Origin: Candidatus Saccharimonadales bacterium
GTDB lineage: Bacteria; Patescibacteriota; Saccharimonadia; Saccharimonadales; UBA4665
DNA: 64,000 bases
Assembly: GCA_035690865.1 (NCBI GenBank)
Contig: DASSKE010000004.1
Span: forward strand, 67,503 to 131,502
Reading direction: 5' to 3'
The notes below the pieces were generated by a model. It worked only from the letters and a program-made list of their open reading frames with translations, had not been told where the DNA came from and did no database searches. Shown in pieces: positions 56,831-64,000 of the stretch; within the stretch, counting starts at the first letter, position 1, and the number at the start of each line of letters is the position of its first letter. The translations under genes were made by a program, and so were the position numbers.

Positions 56831-57883
56831 TTAACTTTTGCGAGGCATGGCAAACACCATATGCGCCGTGTACAGGCTGGAGGCCCAGCGAGCTACAAAC
56901 TCATCACGGCCAAGTGTTTCGTTACTGCCGCCGGTTTGCCATGGGCTATTTTGAGGCTCAAACGATGTTCGATCTAAGGGATTATGAAAAGTTACTTTTT
57001 TGCCGTCAGCGTCAAGTAGTACTACCGCATGCAAATTGTCGCCCGAGTCTTCATCAAAACTCCTAATCCCCAGCATGGTATAGACGCTGGTCTCGGGTTG
57101 CGTTTGCTTAACTTTAGCAGCGCGCAACGCAATATCGTCAAAGGTTGCGCCGATGACAATGCGGTTGAGTACTTGCCGCCCGCTCAACTCCCTAAAAACG
57201 TCGGACGAAAAGGTGCGAAAAAGCGCACCTTCGTCAAAAGATGGATCGTTATGGGCTTGGGTGTTGAGTGTATGTTCTTTGGGAGGTTCCACCACGCCGT
57301 CCATAATGCCGCTAAATATCATGCGATAACAACTAACGCTACAGCTTGCACTGCCTATTTGTTTGATGTACGGTGGCTGATCGAGCGCAAATGGCCGCGT
57401 AACCTCAAAACGATGTGCATAGTCTGGCGCCAGATGCTTAATGTGACGTGCATAGCGCGGGGTTAGCGCACAACGATCTTCCTCGCTAATGCCGTGGCGG
57501 TCCATAGTACGCTGCATGGCCTCGGCATCTGTTAACAGAATCCACTTAGAGAACTCTGCAATCTCTTGGCGCGTAATATGCGGGAATGCGCCTTGCCAGT
57601 CGGCATCAGTACGGAGCAGCACCGATCGAGCAAAATCGTACACCGAACCTTTGGCCGCTTTTATAGCGGGAACATCTTTAGCGCCATTAGCTAGGGCTTC
57701 TACGCGCTCGGTATCCATATCGTCATACCGCTCATCATCACAAGGACGGTGATAGAGCATTTCATCTACAACTGCCGACGAATATTGTGCCGAGACAGCC
57801 AAAGCGCGTTCAATTACTCGCGGGTCGGGACGTAACTCCCCAAGGGGGATGCGGTGGCTCATAGTGTTGTAATAGTATGACAT
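56831..57883 (-). CDS. Hypothetical protein with a C-terminal papain-like (C39-like) cysteine peptidase signature
   Basis: QIGSASCSVSCYRMIF (candidate nucleophile Cys) and NLHAVVLLDADGKKVTFHNP (candidate His), in the usual order and spacing of about 115 aa. Confidence 0.4.
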   Translation of the reverse strand: MSYYYNTMSHRIPLGELRPDPRVIERALAVSAQYSSAVVDEMLYHRPCDDERYDDMDTERVEALANGAKDVPAIKAAKGSVYDFARSVLLRTDADWQGAFPHITRQEIAEFSKWILLTDAEAMQRTMDRHGISEEDRCALTPRYARHIKHLAPDYAHRFEVTRPFALDQPPYIKQIGSASCSVSCYRMIFSGIMDGVVEPPKEHTLNTQAHNDPSFDEGALFRTFSSDVFRELSGRQVLNRIVIGATFDDIALRAAKVKQTQPETSVYTMLGIRSFDEDSGDNLHAVVLLDADGKKVTFHNPLDRTSFEPQNSPWQTGGSNETLGRDEFVARWASSLYTAHMVFAMPRKS

Positions 57884-57911
57884 ATTTTTACCCCTTTGCT
57901 ACAATACCGTC

Positions 57912-58898
57912 ATGAAGATTATTGAGCAAAGCTCACTCACCCAGCTCTTGGGAGCCTTTTTTGAGAACCCGCAGGTTGTTGATTTTCGGCTTATCACACA
58001 AGGAAAAGAAAATACTACCATCAAAGTTGATCTGTCCGATGGTCCGATAATTGTCCGTATATGGGGTGAAACGCATGGTTATATGGGTGTACACTCTAAC
58101 GCTGATATTGCCGACGAAGTAGCATTTATGGATTTTTGCCGCCGCAATGGCGCACCTGTGCCGCGGCTCATGCCCGCTAAAGACGGTTCACTTTATCAAA
58201 AAACACCAGACAACTGCTGTTATGCGGTTATGGAATATGTAGATGGCGAAACGCCCCAGAACTTCACCGATGACATGGCCGCGCAGATAGCCAAAACTAT
58301 GGCGCAGATGCATGTGCGCACCGCGGATTTTACTTTTCCGGAGCCGCGCTCTTGGCCTGGCAGTGTGCTTGATATGACCAATGATCGCATTTCAAAGTAT
58401 GAGGCTGGCGAGCTTGCGGTTGATGACGACCAAACCATTACCGAGGCCATTGCACAGTACCGCACACTACTTGCAGCATGCGATCTTTCCGCCCTGCCCA
58501 AGGGTGTTATCCACGGCGATATTATGTGGGAGAATATCAAGTTCAAGAACGGCAAGCTCCATGGCATTTTTGACTTTGGTGACTGTCGCGAGAGCTATTT
58601 TGTAGAAGATATTGCCAAAACATTGTTATTTGTATTTGAGTCGCCCGAGCATTGTGTTTTTGGCCAGAATGGCCACACGGTGCCGGTATTCCTGCAGAAT
58701 TATCAAGCCGTGCGTCAACTTACCAAAGCCGAAGAGCACAGCCTTCCGCTCTTTTATATGAGCCGCTTCTTGTATCAGGTGCTCGGCTATTACATAAAAG
58801 CTGCCAAGGGCAAAACGGAATGTTTGGAATTAGCACGCAGCACAATAGCTCGCTACAACCAGCACCGCGCGTTCTTTATGACAGGTATAGTCGGTTAG
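57912..58898 (+). CDS. Aminoglycoside/homoserine-kinase-type phosphotransferase (APH family)
   Basis: VIHGDIMWENIKF (HxDxxxxN catalytic loop) and IFDFGD (DFG-like). Confidence 0.82.
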   Translation: MKIIEQSSLTQLLGAFFENPQVVDFRLITQGKENTTIKVDLSDGPIIVRIWGETHGYMGVHSNADIADEVAFMDFCRRNGAPVPRLMPAKDGSLYQKTPDNCCYAVMEYVDGETPQNFTDDMAAQIAKTMAQMHVRTADFTFPEPRSWPGSVLDMTNDRISKYEAGELAVDDDQTITEAIAQYRTLLAACDLSALPKGVIHGDIMWENIKFKNGKLHGIFDFGDCRESYFVEDIAKTLLFVFESPEHCVFGQNGHTVPVFLQNYQAVRQLTKAEEHSLPLFYMSRFLYQVLGYYIKAAKGKTECLELARSTIARYNQHRAFFMTGIVG

Positions 58899-59472
58899 CT
58901 TCGATATACGCTCGTGTGGCGTCTGGAATAAGCGACGATTGCCTGCCGGAGCGCAAATGCGTTGAATGCACCCGTTCGCTAACGAAGCCATTTTGCTCAA
59001 AATTGTAATTCATCATAGGAACAGCAGCTTCATCATAGTATGTATAGCGGATAGTTTGCTGTATGTCTGCCGGCAAGGCCGCGACTGCTTTGGTAAGGAG
59101 CTGCGGGGCTATGCCTGGAATAGAAAGCACAATCATAGGCCATTGCTGAGCCAGATGCAAACGCGAAGGGTCCTGTAGGTTATCTATCAAGGAATCAATA
59201 CCGCTAATTTTGAAGTCGGCCCGTATTTTTTGCGCACGCGAGTCCTCTACGGCCACCACTGTACAACTAAACGGCAGTGGCACCGCCTGAACGGCCAGGT
59301 TTGCCATATGGAGCCGGTGCTGCCAACTACTAGCTTGCGGTTTGTGGAGCGGGTGTTTATCAACACATACAATCAGCGCATCAAAGGGTTGGGCTTGATG
59401 AGCGCGGAGGGCCTGGCCGATATGGCCGCCGTGGAGCGGATCAAACGTTCCAATAAGTACAGCAGTTTTCAT
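58876..59472 (-). CDS. Cytidylyltransferase-fold protein, nicotinate/nicotinamide mononucleotide adenylyltransferase-like
   Basis: MKTAVLIGTFDPLHGGHIGQ ((T/H)xGH motif). Start set at the internal Met. The 3' end overlaps the kinase gene by 23 nt. Confidence 0.65.
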   Translation of the reverse strand: MKTAVLIGTFDPLHGGHIGQALRAHQAQPFDALIVCVDKHPLHKPQASSWQHRLHMANLAVQAVPLPFSCTVVAVEDSRAQKIRADFKISGIDSLIDNLQDPSRLHLAQQWPMIVLSIPGIAPQLLTKAVAALPADIQQTIRYTYYDEAAVPMMNYNFEQNGFVSERVHSTHLRSGRQSSLIPDATRAYIEANRLYLS

Positions 59473-59592
59473 AACAGTTCTAGTATACACAACTACCCCT
59501 AAAGGTCCCTTCAGCCAATCTTCAGAAAATGATTGCAAGCCGTTCACTGCTCATGTACAATCGCCCGTAATAAGCTAATGTGAAGGGACGCT

Positions 59593-62500
59593 ATGCAGAG
59601 GTTTTTGCAAAAGGTGGGGGACGCTCTATACCCTGCTTCTAAGCGCACGTTTTTACTACTATCGTGCGCTCTTTTAATATTTTCGGTTTCGCAGATGAGC
59701 ATTCTGCTTTATTTACAGGACAAGGCAGCAGCTCAAACAACTCGCGATCCACTGTCAGCGTTGGCCCAGGGGCGTACCCCGCAACCACTGCCTTCGGCGC
59801 AAAGTCCTAAGACTAAAGCGCTCGATACGGTAAGCCCAGAAGTGCGAGCGCAGGCCAATACTACAAATGTAAGGCCAAGTAAGCCCCAGGCGGGTGACTG
59901 GCAGGGTGCCTCCGAGAATACATCCGAACGAACCGAAAATAGCCGTACCTTTTCGCTCAAGAATGGCACAAAGGTACAGGAATATTACGGTCACGACGTT
60001 GCTTATAAAGATAACGGCACAATGCGCTCAATCTCCCCTTCACTATCTACCGATCAAACGTATGTCGATCATGCTAAGCAGCAACGTTCTTTGCTCCAAA
60101 AGCTCAAGTTCTGGGATCAGCCAAGAGCTTTTAACGGCAGTGGAGGCCCTCTCAAGGCTGGTTTCCAGCCCCTACAAAAAGGCAGCGGCGTTACCGTACA
60201 GTTAAACGGTCAGCGTATTGCAATGCAGCCCGTAGGCTCTAGCGGGAATGTACAGCCCAAACAGCTCAACAATGATGATGGCACTAAAGCTATCAGCTAT
60301 CCAGACGTATGGGATGGCGTTGATCTGGTGTACGAGTATCGGGGTGATACCGTAAAAGAAATGATAGTGTTGCGCAAGCCAACCCGCCAAACAGCTTTTG
60401 ATTTTACAGTAACGGGCGAAAAAGTTCAGCTCAAGCATGGCAAGAACGGCAGTGTTGATGTATGGCAAAACGGCAAGCCAGTATTTACTATCCCCGCCCT
60501 TACGGTGATGGCCACTGAGCGCGGCCCGGTTAGTAACAGCGGGGCAAAATATGTAATTCATGGGAATCACCTGAGCGTGTCACTGAGCGCCTCGTGGCTT
60601 TCTAGGCAAACAACAAAGAATTTTCCTATTACTATTGACCCTACCGTTAGTGTCCATGAGTCGTGGGAGGGCGTAAGCAACAACGGTGCTGATTACTGGA
60701 GTTATAAGAGTGATGGCTACCAGTGCCCCTCCTCAAGTTGCTACCAGAATATCGGCTGGCTTAACGACAATGGTACTAAAAAATGGCAAACTATGATGCG
60801 TATTCCCTTTGACCAAGCCATTAGTAAGGATTTGATTTACGCCCAGTTTAACGTCAAGAAAGTAAGTAATAGCTATGGCTATTATGGCACCGAGTCTGGC
60901 GCTCGCTATTGGGTAACGTGGGCGCCTTGCTTTGGATTTGGCTGCGTAAATGGCGGTGCCCCATGGATTCCCTTCACTATTACCGACCATGGCTGGATTG
61001 ATGTAACGTCACTGATTCAGTGGATGAAAGACCACGGCCAGACGGGTGGATGGCTCATGGTGCATGGTGATGACAGCCCATACAAAGCGCTCAACCCTGG
61101 TAACTCAACATTACAGCTGTACTATAACCGTAAGCCAAACAAGCCAACGCTCAATGCTCCGGGAAACACTACGACAGTAACGACAACAATGCCGCGCCTT
61201 ACTGCAAATACAGCCAGCGATCCGGACGGCGATGCTCTTTCGTACCAGTTTGAACTCTACGATGGCAATACCTTGATTTCCTCAAGTCCAACCTCTGCAT
61301 TAAATTTTTGGACTATTCCTGATGACATGCTCCAAGACGGCGGTACCTATCGCTGGCGGGTCGGGGTAAAGGACCAATGGGCCTGGACCTACAGCGACCT
61401 GGCAAGCTTTACCGTAGATATGCGCAGCGGCAATAAAGACAAAACGCAAGCATACGATCAGCTAGGCAACATTAGCACTAATCTGGCGAATGGTAATGCT
61501 TATACATCTGTGCAAAGTCACAATATTGATGCTTTAGGTGGTGATATCGGCCTGAACCTGGATTACAATTCACCTAAAATAGGTCAGCAGGGTCTTAGCG
61601 CTACATACTACAACGATGCTGGCGGCCGGAAGGAAGTGCTCAAGCGCACCGATCCTAATATTGAGTTTAACTGGGCGGGGAGTTCTCCGGCACCGGGTGT
61701 CGTTGACCAAGACAATTTCGCCGTTAAATGGGAAGGATATTTTATCGCCCCCAAGACCGGCACATATCAGTTTGGCGCTACCAATGACGATAAAATGAGT
61801 GCGAGTATTGACACCAATGGTGATGGTTCGTATGAAATGCTTTTTGACTACGGTTGTTGTCAGGCGCAAAAATGGTCCACCTCGACGGTTCAGCTGGAAG
61901 AGGGTAAAGCCTACCCGGTTCGAGCCTGGCTCTTAGAAGCTACCGGCAGTGCGTACGCAGAATTATGGGTTAAGGCACCGGGCCGCCTTGGTCAAATCGT
62001 GCCACAATCCTGGCTCCGTACACTTGATTTAGGTAAGGCAGTTGACGACAAGCAAGGCCTGCATGCGGAATTCTACAAAGACTACGACGGTTCGCGTACC
62101 TTTAAAGCTGGCCAGCAGCCCTACCTTGTTAAGAACTATAGCGAACTCAATTTATACTGGGGCACGGGATCTTCGGTAGAATATGATCCGGATGGCGACT
62201 ATAAAGATAACTTTTTAGGACGATTTAGCGGGTATATCACCATCCCTACAACCGGTGACTATACATTTGGCGTTGGTGCCGATGATGGTAAACGCCTGTT
62301 TATAAATGGCTCCAAAGTTGCTGAACAATGGAGTACGCTCGACCAGGCCTGGAGTGGCACATTACACTTCAATGCTGGTGATACCGTACCGGTTGTTGTT
62401 GAATACTACGAAGCCGGCGGATCGGCGGCCGTGCAGCTCAAATGGAACGGTCCGGCGGGTGCGGGCATTATTCCCGGTCAATATTTGAGCACAAGTTATC

Positions 62501-64000
62501 GTAACCTGCCTGCTGGGTGGGACCTGAGTGTGGACGCTTCTGGAACTATACAATATGAACGATTGCGTGTTCTTTCTGGGGGAAACGTGGCGTTGGTTGC
62601 CGGCAATGGAACGCAATATGTGTACACTGCGCAAGGCGGCGGGTATAATCCACCTACTGGCCAAGACGGCGTACTCTCTAAGAACAGCGACGGTAGCTTT
62701 ACACTCCAGGATGTGAGCGGCCAGGTATATGAATTTGATGTCCGTGGCGTACTTACGCGGGTGACCTCGCCAACCGACGATCGAAGTCCAGCTGCCTTGC
62801 GCTATGAATACCAGGACCAATCTGGCGTCCCTCGCATCAAAAAGATAGTTGATGGCCTCGATAGTGAGCGTTATGGTGAACTCTTTTATGGCGGCGACAG
62901 CCAGTGTCAGACCGACCAAGGCTTTAGCCCCGCGCCAGCTGGTTTCCTGTGTGCCTTTAAGACCTATGACGGCCAAATAACCTCGCTCCAGTATAACAAT
63001 GACAAACTATCACGTATTGTACGGCCCGGAGCTGAAATTACCGATCTCGGCAATGACAGCGATGGACGTTTGATTTCGATTCGCGATTCGCTAGCCAATG
63101 ACGCCATAGCCGCAGGCACACGCACCAATACGGATGAGCTTCTTACACAAATAACCTACGACCAACTTGGCCGCGTCAAAACAGTTAAATCCCCTGCTCC
63201 ACAGCCTGGTGAATGGCGGACTGAACACAGTGTGGATTATGGTTTCACAAGTACAAAACAACACATTGTAGGCGCGCCTGAGCCCAAGGGCTACTCGCAA
63301 TATATAGAGTACGATGACAAAGGTCGCACAACTAAAAGTTGTGGTGTTGAGGCATTGTGTACTGTCCAGGAATGGTATCCGTATAAAGATCTACTACTAA
63401 GCACCACTGATGCTCAGGGACTTAAGACGGTAACAATGTACGACGAAGAAGACCGCCCCGTAAGCAGCTATGGACCTGCTCCGCAGGACTGGTTCGATAG
63501 TTGGGATTGGACGTTGCCAGCCGGTATGAAGTTGCTGCGAGGCCAGTATATTAAGTCACCGGACGGTCGGTTTACTTTTACTTATCAAACAAATGGCAAC
63601 TTAGTGGTCCGAGAGGTTGCGAGCAATACACCAATTTGGTACACAAGTACCGATGGTAAGGCATCGGACCGCCTAGTGATGCAGGGCGATGGCAATCTCG
63701 TGCTGTACAACGGAAGTAGTGCCGTATGGGACACGCACACCGGGGGCCAAGGTGACTCAACGAGCTTTTTGTCAGTCCAAAATGACGGCAACCTGGTTAT
63801 ACGTATGCAGCGCCTCGATGGGTCTACGCCCGCCAAGTGGGCTAGCGGTGTCACGCGCACCTATGGCCAATATCTGTCTGCTACATATAACAAGCCTAAG
63901 GCGGGCTATGAGTCGCAAATGCTCCGTAGCGACTCAGCTTACGACGAAGGCATCTATGGCGCTGCTGTCGAATGGTACAATTTTAAAGACGGCAAGCTGT
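59593..64000 (+). CDS. Giant membrane-anchored RHS/YD-repeat protein with PA14 and bulb-type lectin domains (3' truncated by window edge)
   Basis: Hand-translated ORF, open from ATG 59593 to the window end and absent from the ORF track because it has no stop. Contains an N-terminal TM anchor and two complete PA14-like modules (ATYYND...DNFAVKWEGYFIAPKTGTYQFGATNDD; AEFYKDY...FLGRFSGYITIPTTGDYTFGVGADDG). YD repeats include ITYDQLGRVKTV, YDDKGRTTKS and MYDEEDRPVSSY. The bulb-lectin triplet is TNGNLVV / QGDGNLVLY / QNDGNLVI. Confidence 0.85.
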   Translation, partial: MQRFLQKVGDALYPASKRTFLLLSCALLIFSVSQMSILLYLQDKAAAQTTRDPLSALAQGRTPQPLPSAQSPKTKALDTVSPEVRAQANTTNVRPSKPQAGDWQGASENTSERTENSRTFSLKNGTKVQEYYGHDVAYKDNGTMRSISPSLSTDQTYVDHAKQQRSLLQKLKFWDQPRAFNGSGGPLKAGFQPLQKGSGVTVQLNGQRIAMQPVGSSGNVQPKQLNNDDGTKAISYPDVWDGVDLVYEYRGDTVKEMIVLRKPTRQTAFDFTVTGEKVQLKHGKNGSVDVWQNGKPVFTIPALTVMATERGPVSNSGAKYVIHGNHLSVSLSASWLSRQTTKNFPITIDPTVSVHESWEGVSNNGADYWSYKSDGYQCPSSSCYQNIGWLNDNGTKKWQTMMRIPFDQAISKDLIYAQFNVKKVSNSYGYYGTESGARYWVTWAPCFGFGCVNGGAPWIPFTITDHGWIDVTSLIQWMKDHGQTGGWLMVHGDDSPYKALNPGNSTLQLYYNRKPNKPTLNAPGNTTTVTTTMPRLTANTASDPDGDALSYQFELYDGNTLISSSPTSALNFWTIPDDMLQDGGTYRWRVGVKDQWAWTYSDLASFTVDMRSGNKDKTQAYDQLGNISTNLANGNAYTSVQSHNIDALGGDIGLNLDYNSPKIGQQGLSATYYNDAGGRKEVLKRTDPNIEFNWAGSSPAPGVVDQDNFAVKWEGYFIAPKTGTYQFGATNDDKMSASIDTNGDGSYEMLFDYGCCQAQKWSTSTVQLEEGKAYPVRAWLLEATGSAYAELWVKAPGRLGQIVPQSWLRTLDLGKAVDDKQGLHAEFYKDYDGSRTFKAGQQPYLVKNYSELNLYWGTGSSVEYDPDGDYKDNFLGRFSGYITIPTTGDYTFGVGADDGKRLFINGSKVAEQWSTLDQAWSGTLHFNAGDTVPVVVEYYEAGGSAAVQLKWNGPAGAGIIPGQYLSTSYRNLPAGWDLSVDASGTIQYERLRVLSGGNVALVAGNGTQYVYTAQGGGYNPPTGQDGVLSKNSDGSFTLQDVSGQVYEFDVRGVLTRVTSPTDDRSPAALRYEYQDQSGVPRIKKIVDGLDSERYGELFYGGDSQCQTDQGFSPAPAGFLCAFKTYDGQITSLQYNNDKLSRIVRPGAEITDLGNDSDGRLISIRDSLANDAIAAGTRTNTDELLTQITYDQLGRVKTVKSPAPQPGEWRTEHSVDYGFTSTKQHIVGAPEPKGYSQYIEYDDKGRTTKSCGVEALCTVQEWYPYKDLLLSTTDAQGLKTVTMYDEEDRPVSSYGPAPQDWFDSWDWTLPAGMKLLRGQYIKSPDGRFTFTYQTNGNLVVREVASNTPIWYTSTDGKASDRLVMQGDGNLVLYNGSSAVWDTHTGGQGDSTSFLSVQNDGNLVIRMQRLDGSTPAKWASGVTRTYGQYLSATYNKPKAGYESQMLRSDSAYDEGIYGAAVEWYNFKDGKL

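Noticed and set aside
60202-63860. Several 60-204-aa minus-strand ORFs listed in the ORF track at 60.2-63.9 kb.
   Set aside because: They lie antisense to the uninterrupted + strand RHS/PA14 reading frame. That frame is missing from the track only because it has no stop in the window.

Overview
About 50% GC chromosomal window, densely coding on both strands: roughly 60 protein genes, one tRNA-Gln, no rRNA, no CRISPR array, and no recognisable transposase or integrase. All family calls come from motifs read in the translations. No database search was run.

Housekeeping content:
- The end of the F1Fo ATP synthase operon (atpD, atpC).
- An aquaporin, a UvrD/RecB-type helicase-nuclease, NDH-2, an FAD-linked oxidase, MscS and an LCP wall-polymer ligase.
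- A translationally coupled oxidative pentose-phosphate operon (pgl-gnd-zwf-pgi).
- A Kef-type antiporter and MYG1.

Gene content (many orphan cytoplasmic proteins, LCP, NDH-2, frequent leaderless-looking starts) would fit a reduced Gram-positive-type or Patescibacteria-like genome. That is inference only.

Most interesting region, 33.1-47.3 kb (cell-envelope locus):
- A small secreted protein ends in a PEYG + TM helix + RRR tail, which looks like a PEP-CTERM-type sorting signal.
- It is followed directly by a gene fusing an exosortase/archaeosortase-like polytopic domain (Cys209/Arg256/His277) to a polysaccharide pyruvyl transferase domain.
- This pair is convergent with a 7-gene overlapping operon: DUF1616-like, GT2-GT4 fusion, two GT4, a large GT-C/DUF2206-like membrane protein, a Wzx-type flippase and a beta-helix depolymerase-like protein. 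A secreted GH5 lies beside the operon.

Other points of note:
- A 516-nt ORF exactly fills the atpD-atpC junction.
- An SF2 helicase carries a C-terminal array of excisionase-type HTH-like modules.
- Two sets of orphan paralogs: one tandem, one divergent with a CxDxR...HxxC motif.
- A recurrent -10-box/6-8 nt/ATG architecture suggests leaderless mRNAs.
- A giant, 3'-truncated RHS/YD-repeat protein contains PA14 and bulb-lectin domains.
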